Source: Coleofasciculaceae cyanobacterium SM2_1_6 | GTDB taxonomy: Bacteria > Cyanobacteriota > Cyanobacteriia > Cyanobacteriales > JAAUUE01 | Reading direction: 5' to 3' | Assembly: GCA_012031635.1 (NCBI GenBank) | Contig: JAAUUE010000003.1 | Coordinates: forward strand, 1-40,298 | Length of the DNA: 40,298 nt | Shown here: piece after piece, positions 1-10,222 of the stretch | How the letters are laid out: each line of letters opens with the position of its first letter | How positions within the stretch are numbered: the first letter of the stretch is position 1 | The notes under the pieces: model-generated | What the model was told of the DNA's origin: nothing | Database searches by the model: none | What the model saw: the letters and a program-made list of their open reading frames with translations, nothing else | Position numbers and translations under genes: made by a program

Positions 1-70
1 CACAGGAGTTTCATCTGAGTGGGGGTAACTCCTCAGCCGTGGGCAAGTGGTAGTGGGCGAGGTTAACCAT
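1..70 (-). CDS. Uma2-family endonuclease-like protein, 5' end only (runs off window; apparent +1 indel in G5 run at 21-25)
   Basis: ATG at 70; reads MVNLAHYHLPTAEELP then, after removing one base from the homopolymer, HSDETPV, the LPxAEELPxSDxTPV start typical of cyanobacterial Uma2 proteins; tandem with the Uma2 gene at 146-913. Confidence 0.6.
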
Positions 71-145
71 TTTTTGGGGACGATGGTTATTAGTTTAGGT
101 TACCCAATCTTAAACGATTTCCCTTGCTACAAAGGAATTTGTCAC

Positions 146-913
146 CTAAATTTGTTCAGGGTCAATGTTTAGTTCTCGGAGTTTGGCGGCTAGTTTTTCA
201 GATCGTTGAGATTCCCGATCAGCCCTGCTCTGCTCATGTTTCCAAGCCTCCGCCGCCGTAGGAACTAAATCTCCCGCCGCCGTAAAGTATCTCAATTTAC
301 CCTCATGAACTCCTAAAAACATATGCAACTGACTGCTCCAGAGATGCCCTCTGGCATTGGGTTGTAGCACCACATACTCTGCTTCTACCAAATGAAAACC
401 CTGGAACTCTAAAGTCTCTGGGTCAAACCAAAAATAGTTAGGAGTCCGAAACACATTTTGGTACAGTAGCTTTTTCGTAGTTCGATCGACCTGTGCAGTA
501 CTATCCGAGAGAATTTCCACAATTACATGGGGATAAATTCCCCCCTCATGATAGACCACCCAACTTTTTCGCTCTTTCTTTTGGGTTCCTAAAACTACGA
601 AGAAATCAGGACCGCGAAACTCTGTAGGTCGGTTAGGTTCAGGCTTGAAATAGATAGAAAGATTTCCGGCAACAAAATAATCATTGCGCTCCTGCCAGAG
701 GAGTTCTAGACAGGAGATAAGGAGGAAGATTTGGTGTAGATGTAGGGAGCTTTCCAATTCGGGTTCATCACTTTCAATGTCTGCCGGGGGGAAGAGACCG
801 AGATTAGGTTCATTATTATTTTCACCAGTATTATTTTTCCCATTGCTGATATTTATTTCAGAGAGAGGATCGACCGGGTTAATAACTTCTGGTGCGGTGA
901 AGATTTGTCCCAT
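146..913 (-). CDS. Uma2-family (PD-(D/E)xK-like) endonuclease
   Basis: Motifs SDEPELESSLH, FRGPDFFVV, RKSWVV, VIVEILSDST, YFWFDP and coiled-coil tail LAAKLRELNIDP; ATG at 913 preferred over TTG at 940. Confidence 0.9.
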   Translation of the reverse strand: MGQIFTAPEVINPVDPLSEINISNGKNNTGENNNEPNLGLFPPADIESDEPELESSLHLHQIFLLISCLELLWQERNDYFVAGNLSIYFKPEPNRPTEFRGPDFFVVLGTQKKERKSWVVYHEGGIYPHVIVEILSDSTAQVDRTTKKLLYQNVFRTPNYFWFDPETLEFQGFHLVEAEYVVLQPNARGHLWSSQLHMFLGVHEGKLRYFTAAGDLVPTAAEAWKHEQSRADRESQRSEKLAAKLRELNIDPEQI

Positions 914-917
914 AGGT

Positions 918-2126
918 TTAAGTGGTTTGAGTAGTTGCAATTAGTCGATCGACCAGATGATCAAGCTCGGCGGTGCTGGTAAAGTGATGCACACAAGCCC
1001 GGATGCAGTCGGGGGATGCCAAGGTACGAGTAAATACGCCCTGCTTTTCTAGGGAACTGACGATCGAGCCGTGATTAGCAAAATGATCAAACTTAGCAGC
1101 AAGGGCAGCCCGGACTTGAAAGCAAACTAAACCCGTCTCTGGAGGCTGGGGGCTAGTTACTTGAACTTGGGGAATGGTGGTTAATTTTTGGCAGAGATAT
1201 TGACTGAGGTTGAGGATGCGTTGGTAGCGATCGATCGCCGTGCCGCCTTGATGATGGTAATCAATTGCTGCCCTTAACCCTGCGTAGAGTGGGAAAGCTG
1301 AAGTTGCCACCTCGTAGCGCCTGCCATCAGGTTGCCAGCCCTTGGGTTCCTGCATGAGAATCCCCCGCCAGCCAATAAAGGTGGGGTGCAACTCCTCTCG
1401 CACCTCTGCCCTGACATACAAGCCTCCCAAGCCTTCTGGTCCACAACACCACTTATGCCCTGTAAAGGCGTAGAAATCTACCCCCAAATCTAATAAATCT
1501 AAGGGTAACTGCCCCACCGACTGGGCAGCATCTACCAGCACTAAACAGTCTCGTTCATGGCAGAGTTGATTAATTTCCTTCAGGGGTAAGACTTGCCCCG
1601 TATTCCAGAGGACATGGCTAAGGACGACTAGGCGGGTTTGGGGTTGGAGATGTTGGTCGATCGAGGCGAGGATTTGCTCTGGTGATCCTTTTGCCTCTGA
1701 GGAAGAATTATCTCTAGCTAAGCCTAGAATCGGAAAAGTAGAAGTTGTCACCCCAAATCTCCGGCAAATTTCCCCCACGGCAGCAATGACTCCCGGATGC
1801 TCACAATCAGATAGGAGAATGTGATCCCCCGCTTGCCAAGGAATCCCCCAGAGGACAATATTGCAGCCCACGGTGACATCTTCGGTGAGGGTAATGGTGG
1901 CGGCGGTGACTCCTAATTCTTGGGCAATTAATTCCCTCGTCCGGTGGGCTTCTTGAGTGATCCAGTTGTTGACGGCGATCGAAAAAGGTCCGATAGTTTG
2001 GATATAATTGTAGGCATGGGCGATCGCATCTAGGGCTACTTGGGGTAAAGTCCCCTGACCACCGTAGTTAAAATAACTTTTCTGTTTCAGGGCTGGAAAC
2101 TGTTCTCTATATTCTGGATTTGGCAT
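918..2126 (-). CDS. PLP-dependent class V aminotransferase, L-cysteine/cystine lyase (C-DES) type
   Basis: QFPAL..YFNYGGQG, DCEHPG, SHVLWNTGQ, VDAAQSVG, FTGHKW (PLP lysine), IRACVHHF. Confidence 0.88.
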   Translation of the reverse strand: MPNPEYREQFPALKQKSYFNYGGQGTLPQVALDAIAHAYNYIQTIGPFSIAVNNWITQEAHRTRELIAQELGVTAATITLTEDVTVGCNIVLWGIPWQAGDHILLSDCEHPGVIAAVGEICRRFGVTTSTFPILGLARDNSSSEAKGSPEQILASIDQHLQPQTRLVVLSHVLWNTGQVLPLKEINQLCHERDCLVLVDAAQSVGQLPLDLLDLGVDFYAFTGHKWCCGPEGLGGLYVRAEVREELHPTFIGWRGILMQEPKGWQPDGRRYEVATSAFPLYAGLRAAIDYHHQGGTAIDRYQRILNLSQYLCQKLTTIPQVQVTSPQPPETGLVCFQVRAALAAKFDHFANHGSIVSSLEKQGVFTRTLASPDCIRACVHHFTSTAELDHLVDRLIATTQTT

Positions 2127-2249
2127 TCTTTAGGTTATGGTTGGATTATTTTTAAGATTAACTTTAATCAATAACTTCTCCTTATACTGCTGATCAAACC
2201 TCAAGATTCTGGTTAACTTAAATATAGTATTCTTCTCTTCCCCAAAGCT

Positions 2250-3611
2250 ATGAATAAAGCTGATTATCCTGCTCCATCTCCCAAGAGCCATAAAACCGAT
2301 GCTCCGGCTGGTGATGCTCTTAAAGTTAATAGTCCCCAAGCTCTGGGGAGCGAAGTGATTCCCAAGGCTGGCAGTAAGGAGTCAGATTTATTTGTACTGG
2401 CTCAAAAACTCCGGCAGCGTAACCGGACGCTCCAAGATCAAGTTGCCCAACTCCAGGAATCTTTGCAGATTGCCGAAGAAAAGCTCCTCAGACAAAGCGA
2501 ACAATTTTCTGCACAGGAATCGATTCGATCGCAGGAAGTAGGGACAATACTTTCTCAGCAAACCGCCGAAGCTGACTACGCCAACGAGCAGGTAGGTCGC
2601 CTCTTGCAGGAGTTGGAAATCTCTCACCAACTGGCTCAGCGCCAACAGATTCTCATTGAAACTCTCTCTTCGGAGCTACAAATTAGCCAAGAACGGGTTG
2701 CCCAGCTAGAACGGGAGTGCGCCCTCACCCAGCAGCAATATAATGAGCAATGTCATGAACTTCTCCAGTCCGAAAACCGTTGCCAAGAATTAAATACTCG
2801 TCTCCAGCGCCAACAACGCCAAGCTCTGCAATTTAAGCTGGCTCTGGAAAAATCCTTGGAAGTTCCTACCACAAATATCATCGGGGAATTGGCGGAGCCA
2901 GAGGAATTAGCAAAACCCCGGAAAATTAATCTAGCGGCTTTGAGTCTTCGATCGACCCAACCAATTCAGCCTTGGTCACAGGTAGAAGCAGCGATCGAGT
3001 CCCCGGAACCTGAGGCAGATTTTGCACTACCTACAAGTTCAGAGATGATTTTTACGCCAGAAATACCTGCTCTTCCTGAACCGAAGGAATTACGTATCGA
3101 CCCCAGGGCGGGGGTGATTCAGCCTCTCCTCTTGGCTTTGCATCTATCCTCGGAGGGCGGAGCGATCGAACCAAGATTTACTCCAGAGCAAGAAGCTAAA
3201 CCAGAAGTCCAAGGTATCCCGGAACTCTTTCAATTGGGGGCTGCCCCAGAACCATTGCCGGAACTATTATTTGATGTTACTGCCGTGGGGAGTGATTCTC
3301 CTGTGGAGACACTTCGTGAACGCCTTGCCTTGCCCCTAGAAAAGCCAGTAAATTCTGAGAATCCCCCCCTAGTCAGTGATTTGGCTCAATACCTCCAAAG
3401 CTTGAAATCAGAGCCAGAGGTATTAGAGATTTCCGCCAATGACCAGAAACTCCAAGCTCTTCTGGCAGCAGTAAAACGAGCGCCCTATATTCCCCCAGAA
3501 TCGAATAAGCCTGCGCCGATCGTTTATCCAGAACGCCCCTCAAAGAAAATTCCTTCCCTGTCGGCGATCGACCTCCCCAACTTCCCTCGCCATCGCCCCC
3601 CAGAAAATTAG
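2250..3611 (+). CDS. hypothetical coiled-coil protein with Pro/Glu-rich C-terminal half
   Basis: 453-aa ORF; Q/E/L heptads over roughly aa 50-200; low-complexity P/E region; C-terminal PIVYPERPSKKIPSLSAIDLPNF. Confidence 0.75.
   Translation: MNKADYPAPSPKSHKTDAPAGDALKVNSPQALGSEVIPKAGSKESDLFVLAQKLRQRNRTLQDQVAQLQESLQIAEEKLLRQSEQFSAQESIRSQEVGTILSQQTAEADYANEQVGRLLQELEISHQLAQRQQILIETLSSELQISQERVAQLERECALTQQQYNEQCHELLQSENRCQELNTRLQRQQRQALQFKLALEKSLEVPTTNIIGELAEPEELAKPRKINLAALSLRSTQPIQPWSQVEAAIESPEPEADFALPTSSEMIFTPEIPALPEPKELRIDPRAGVIQPLLLALHLSSEGGAIEPRFTPEQEAKPEVQGIPELFQLGAAPEPLPELLFDVTAVGSDSPVETLRERLALPLEKPVNSENPPLVSDLAQYLQSLKSEPEVLEISANDQKLQALLAAVKRAPYIPPESNKPAPIVYPERPSKKIPSLSAIDLPNFPRHRPPEN
3297..3320 (-). 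repeat. 24-nt small dispersed repeat inserted in-frame in a HIP1-like site
   Basis: Reverse complement TTCACGAAGTGTCTCCACAGGAGA; removing it restores GTGAT-CGC; second copy at 3666-3689. Confidence 0.8.
3564..3610 (+). repeat. 47-bp direct repeat, copy 1 (3' end of the 2250-3611 gene)
   Basis: GCGATCGACCTCCCCAACTTCCCTCGCCATCGCCCCCCAGAAAATTA, identical to 4447-4493. Confidence 0.95.
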
Positions 3612-3665
3612 TCTCAAACTAACCGTAAACTAACAGCAAGGGCTACATCTCAATTTCAAGATGCG

Positions 3666-3689
3666 TTCACGAAGTGTCTCTGCAAGAGA
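3666..3689 (+). repeat. 24-nt small dispersed repeat inserted in a perfect HIP1 site
   Basis: GCG|TTCACGAAGTGTCTCTGCAAGAGA|ATCGC; removal restores GCGATCGC within a CAAGATG...CATCTTG palindrome. Confidence 0.85.
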
Positions 3690-3704
3690 ATCGCCATCTT
3701 GTCT

Positions 3705-4073
3705 CTATCCTAGTGTTAATATTCCCATTTCAAAATCAACAGTTAACGGCAACTTCCTCAACCACTGCAAACCTAAAATAGGCTCAGAAACTCCATCCCC
3801 CGCTAGCACCGCAATTATATAATCCTGTTCATTTAGGACAACTCTTCCCTCATAAATATCAAAATACTCCTCACCCCGCACCGTCTGCATAACCTGTTCC
3901 CGTTCCGTCATCACCCATCCCAAACCTAAACAATCTTGAGTATCTAGGGCTAACCAACCCGTTGTAAATCCAGTATCTAATAACACCTCAACGGGGAAAC
4001 TTTCACCATCAGCAGCAACTAAACCAATTTCAAAAAATAGCTCGATCCTCTCCCCAAACCTGCCATGAATCAT
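3705..4073 (-). CDS. clan AA (retropepsin-like) aspartyl protease, single domain
   Basis: LLDTGFT catalytic motif, C-terminal ILGLQWL, 122 aa. Confidence 0.85.
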   Translation of the reverse strand: MIHGRFGERIELFFEIGLVAADGESFPVEVLLDTGFTTGWLALDTQDCLGLGWVMTEREQVMQTVRGEEYFDIYEGRVVLNEQDYIIAVLAGDGVSEPILGLQWLRKLPLTVDFEMGILTLG

Positions 4074-4388
4074 AGACTACCGCAGGCCCCAGTTTCATTA
4101 ATGCGGTGGAGCCCGATCATCCCGTGGGGATACTTTTCACGAGCTTTTTGGACAGCAATTTCTTCCCTCGGATCAATGAAATAATCTCCACTGTTGGGTT
4201 CAATAACCATAAACCAGTTGTAATAATTATCTATTAGCTCAAGACTAGCTCTAGCAAAAATCTCCTGATAGCGCTGACGACGGGCGTTTTTTTTCAGCTT
4301 GGTGTTTAGCTAACTCCTCGGCAGGTATCGTAAATTTAGGAAATAATTTACCTTGCTGACGGGAAGAATTTGAAGTTATTAGAGTCAT
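4070..4388 (-). CDS. small hypothetical partner protein (~105 aa, DUF5678-like), apparent +1 indel in T8 run at 4287-4294
   Basis: Not in ORF track. MTLITSNSSRQQGKLFPKFTIPAEELAKHQAEK then, with one A removed, NARRQRYQEIFARASLELIDNYYNWFMVIEPNSGDYFIDPREEIAVQKAREKYPHGMIGLHRINETGACGSL; its TGA overlaps the protease ATG (ATGA). Confidence 0.75.
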
Positions 4389-4446
4389 AGCTGCGATTTC
4401 CTATTCAACTAGATTACTAGTATATCCTAGATTTTGATGGCAAAAA

Positions 4447-4493
4447 GCGATCGACCTCCCCAACTTCCCTCGCCATCGCCCCCCAGAAAATTA
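4447..4493 (+). repeat. 47-bp direct repeat, copy 2
   Basis: Identical to 3564-3610. Confidence 0.95.
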
Positions 4494-4506
4494 AACATAG
4501 AACCAG

Positions 4507-4530
4507 GTAGGGTGGGCATCGCCCACCTTA
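4507..4530 (+). repeat. REP-like GTAG palindrome
   Basis: GTAG-GGTGGGC-ATC-GCCCACC-TTA just past the chlN stop; related copy at 35701-35725. Confidence 0.7.
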
Positions 4531-4549
4531 TAGCCACTCAAAATCATCC

Positions 4550-5974
<1,425 letters not shown>

Positions 5975-5980
5975 TTATTC

Positions 5981-6854
<874 letters not shown>

Positions 6855-7542
6855 CTAACAAAGTTTCTTTTGTTTTTTCAATCTTGTTTTGATCTCTTGG
6901 TTGCATTATTGTCCAACTGCCCCAGAAAGAAAAGGGGGAGAAAAATCAACCTAAGCCTTTAGAAATTTTGAGAGGTCTTGAAAAAATATTGAGTATCTTA
7001 AATAGTCTTCCATCACCCCTGAAGAGTTTTTTAAGCTAAAAATTAAATTTTATCTAAACTTTTAATATAAATAGTGACAATAGACAAAATAGACAAATGT
7101 CAAGATTTAGCGAAAATGTACTTAGTTATAGATTGGTGCTTAAACTTGGGAATATTTACAGATCAGGCAGAGATTGCTAAAGGGCTGTTAATTTCTAGAG
7201 AGATAGCCAAGAGTTGACCTTGAGGGAGTTTCAACCCGATCGATCCCCGCTCAATTCCCCGCAATTCTCGATCGATCGCCCCGCCATTCACCTTTTCCCA
7301 CTGCCCTCAACTCCCCAAAAATCTACCCTAATCTCTGCGTCTCCGTAGATTCTCTGGAAAAATAGCTTGTTTCTTTGGCTACAATGGAGATTCTCTGTAA
7401 ATAATAGTTAAAGTTTGTTAGTGTGTTACAAATTACAAACATACTCTATAGTTTCAAAAGAGTTTCAGGGAAACAGAGCTGCATCATAAATTTTGATTAA
7501 TAAAGTTTCTGGAACTTATTGACTTAAGTTGAGGAGCGGTAA

Positions 7543-8733
7543 ATGAAAATCTTAGTCCTAAGTTGGGAGTTTCCTCCCCGCATTGTCGGCGGAATTGCCC
7601 GCCATGTCGGAGAACTGTACCCAGAAATCGTCAGCTTAGGGCATGAGGTACATCTGATTACGGTAGAGTATGGGCAGTGCCCCCACTATGAAGTTGTCGA
7701 AGGTATCTATGTGCATCGAGTGGCAGCAGACCCCCACAATGATTTTTTTAACTGGATTTCTAGCCTCAACGAGAGTATGGCAAAACAGGGCAGCAAGCTC
7801 TTGGCAGAAGACCCCGACTTTGACCTGATCCATGCCCACGATTGGCTAGTTGGTGATGCGGCAATTATCCTCAAGCACAATTTCAAAGTTCCCCTTATTG
7901 CCACCATCCACGCCACAGAGTTTGGGCGGCACAATGGCATTCACACTTCCATTCAGGAATACATCAGTGGCAAAGAACGTACCCTTGCCCACGAAGCTTG
8001 GCGGGTCATTGTCTGTACCGAATATATGCGCCGGGAAGTGAACCAAGTCCTCCGCACCCCTTGGGACAAAATTGATGTGATTTTTAATGGCATCCGGGCT
8101 GAGAAAAAAATCCCCGATGCCAATTTTGACTTTTGGGGCTTCCGCAGGCAGTTTGCCCATGACCACGAGAAAATTGTTTACTACGTGGGACGCATGACCT
8201 ATGAAAAAGGCGTAACCGTCCTCCTGAGCGCAGCCCCCAAGGTAATTGCCGAAATGGGGGGAAATGTGAAGTTTGTATTAATTGGTGGTGGTAACACCGA
8301 AGAATTGAAGCACAAGGCAAGCTATCTGGGAATTTGGCAGAGTTGCTACTTTACGGGGTTCATGCCCGATCGAGACCTAGATAAATTCCAAACTGTGGCA
8401 GATTGTGCCGTCTTCCCTAGCCTTTATGAACCCTTTGGGATTGTGGCGCTGGAAAGTTTTGCCTCCCGTGTGCCAGTGGTAGTGTCGGATACCTGTGGAC
8501 TGCCAGAAGTTGTCCAACACAACAAAACCGGAATCGTCACCCAAACTAATAATCCGGAATCCTTAGCGTGGGGCATCTTAGAAATTCTCAAAAATCCTAG
8601 CTATGGAAATTGGCTGGTAGAAAATGCCTACGCTGACCTTGCCACTCGTTTTACTTGGGAAGGGATCAGCAAACAAACAGAGGCGGTGTATCAGCAGGTA
8701 GCCGGGGAGCGATCGCAGGTAGACTGGAGTTAA
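7543..8733 (+). CDS. glycosyltransferase family 4 protein
   Basis: MKILVLSWEFPPRIVGGIARHV, IHAHDW, TIHATE, VGR, FPSLYEPFGIVALE; GAGGAG RBS. Confidence 0.93.
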   Translation: MKILVLSWEFPPRIVGGIARHVGELYPEIVSLGHEVHLITVEYGQCPHYEVVEGIYVHRVAADPHNDFFNWISSLNESMAKQGSKLLAEDPDFDLIHAHDWLVGDAAIILKHNFKVPLIATIHATEFGRHNGIHTSIQEYISGKERTLAHEAWRVIVCTEYMRREVNQVLRTPWDKIDVIFNGIRAEKKIPDANFDFWGFRRQFAHDHEKIVYYVGRMTYEKGVTVLLSAAPKVIAEMGGNVKFVLIGGGNTEELKHKASYLGIWQSCYFTGFMPDRDLDKFQTVADCAVFPSLYEPFGIVALESFASRVPVVVSDTCGLPEVVQHNKTGIVTQTNNPESLAWGILEILKNPSYGNWLVENAYADLATRFTWEGISKQTEAVYQQVAGERSQVDWS

Positions 8734-8796
8734 TTAATTAATTCACCCACGGATCATCGATATCCCAGCTATCCCAATTTTAATTTCTCCAAAGCT

Positions 8797-9018
8797 ATGA
8801 CCCTGCAAATTATTATTCTGGTGGCAGCGATCGTCGTCTCTTGGTTAGCCTTCACGGCTCTCCTCAAAGTCCTCAAAACCACCATTACCACTGCCATCAC
8901 GATCGCCATGATCATCCTGATCCTACAAATTCTGTTTGGGATCACCTACTTAGATCTCTGGGAACAAATCACCACCCTCCCCACCACCATCTGGCGCACC
9001 ATCACAGGAGAGAACTAA
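8797..9018 (+). CDS. small two-helix membrane protein
   Basis: 73 aa, two hydrophobic segments, ATG start. Confidence 0.7.
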   Translation: MTLQIIILVAAIVVSWLAFTALLKVLKTTITTAITIAMIILILQILFGITYLDLWEQITTLPTTIWRTITGEN

Positions 9019-9020
9019 AC

Positions 9021-9275
9021 ATGAATATATTTTTAACCCCTGAGTTGGCAAGATTTGTCCAGTCAACCGTAAAAAATGGTCAGTATCGATCGGTTTCTGA
9101 GGCAGTACAAGCAGCCTTGCAATTACTCAAGGAGCAAGAAGCCCTAGTTAGAGATAATTCAAGCCCCGCCATCAACCCACAAAAGCCTAGTTATGATTTT
9201 TCTGATTTGGTAGGTCGTCTAACTTGGCGGGGTGATGCGTTAGAAATACAACAGAATCTGCGTGATGAGTGGTAA
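9021..9275 (+). CDS. ribbon-helix-helix (ParD-like) antitoxin with VapB-type C-terminal tail
   Basis: ATG at 9021 after GGAGAG; MNIFLTPELARFVQSTVKNGQYRSVSEAVQAALQLL; tail YDFSDLVGRLTWRGDALEIQQNLRDEW. Confidence 0.75.
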   Translation: MNIFLTPELARFVQSTVKNGQYRSVSEAVQAALQLLKEQEALVRDNSSPAINPQKPSYDFSDLVGRLTWRGDALEIQQNLRDEW

Positions 9276-9390
9276 TCGTTATGTATTTACCAATGCGATC
9301 GTGGTTCTGTTACACCAAAACTCGGCAAGTTTAGTAACAGCCGATCGAGGGTTTGCCAAGGTAGAGGCTTTAACGGTGATCAATTGGTAA
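9265..9390 (+). pseudogene. internally deleted PIN-domain (VapC-like) toxin remnant, 41 aa
   Basis: MSGNRYVFTNAIVVLLHQNSASLVTADRGFAKVEALTVINW; overlaps antitoxin stop; keeps PIN start (xxDTN with D absent) and PIN end (LVTADxxF) but lacks the middle. Confidence 0.7.
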
Positions 9391-9418
9391 CACTATTAAC
9401 TATTTTTTCCACGTAGAG

Positions 9419-9595
9419 TCAACGGTTACGATAGTCCTGCTTACTTCTCTGCTCTTGGGGTGAAAACTGCGGTTTGGGATTGGGGGGCGGCAACACAACT
9501 TTCCACTCACCCGTTTTCGGGTCTCTGTAGGTATGAAAAGGGTTAGTTTTTAGTTGTGGCTCCATGCAGTTATTGGGAATGGGATGCTGGGTCAT
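9419..9595 (-). CDS. small hypothetical protein, 58 aa
   Basis: Below ORF-track cutoff; ATG with GAGG upstream; MTQHPIPNNCMEPQLKTNPFHTYRDPKTGEWKVVLPPPNPKPQFSPQEQRSKQDYRNR. Confidence 0.55.
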   Translation of the reverse strand: MTQHPIPNNCMEPQLKTNPFHTYRDPKTGEWKVVLPPPNPKPQFSPQEQRSKQDYRNR

Positions 9596-10222
9596 GGGGG
9601 ATGCCTCTAGTAAAATCCTGATATTGTTATCTTAGTTAAGATTTTTTCTATAGGAGGTGACTTTCCTTGTTAATCCTCGTGATTAAGAATAGCAACGTTA
9701 GTGACCTGTTGGCAACAAAAATGTGATCTAGCTCTAGGGAAATTAGTGATTCGATCGCCCTGTCCCTAGATTAATTTTTTAGATTGACTAGATTGATTTC
9801 GACCCGGTTTACTGGAGATTAGCCTAGCTTTGCAAAGGTTTGCCAACTCTCAATAATTTATCGGGAACTTAATCCTGAATCTCCACCGAAATTAATGTCT
9901 TTTTGTAAATTCTTGATAACGAAAATCTCCAGAAAATAATTACCTAAATAATTATCTAAAAAACTAGCGATCGTGTAAATAAATGCTGAGATTTGGTAAA
10001 ACAAGATACCTTTGTAGTTACAGTATAAATATACCTACAGTAACCAAAAATGTCTTGAGAGTCGCTTTTGGGCTGACAATCTTCCCTAGAAAAGCTCCCC
10101 CAAAAGCTCTTCTGATAAAGTGACAACGCATTAACAATAAATCAACAAATATATCAGGGGTTGCTGTAAGCAAATAATCAAAAAGTTAATGAAAATTAAT
10201 CCAGATTTGGGAGGTCAATTTT

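Noticed and set aside
8841-9020. His-rich N-terminal extension of the 144-aa ORF in the track
   Set aside because: It is the alternate-frame shadow of the Thr/Ile-rich membrane gene; the real start is ATG 9021 with an RBS.
9722-9737. CRP-like site TGTGATCTAGCTCTAG upstream of the microprotein
   Set aside because: Only the left half matches TGTGA-N6-TCACA; too weak without conservation data.
10014-10040. NtcA box upstream of ppsA
   Set aside because: GTA and TAC triplets are present but not at the required GTA-N8-TAC spacing.
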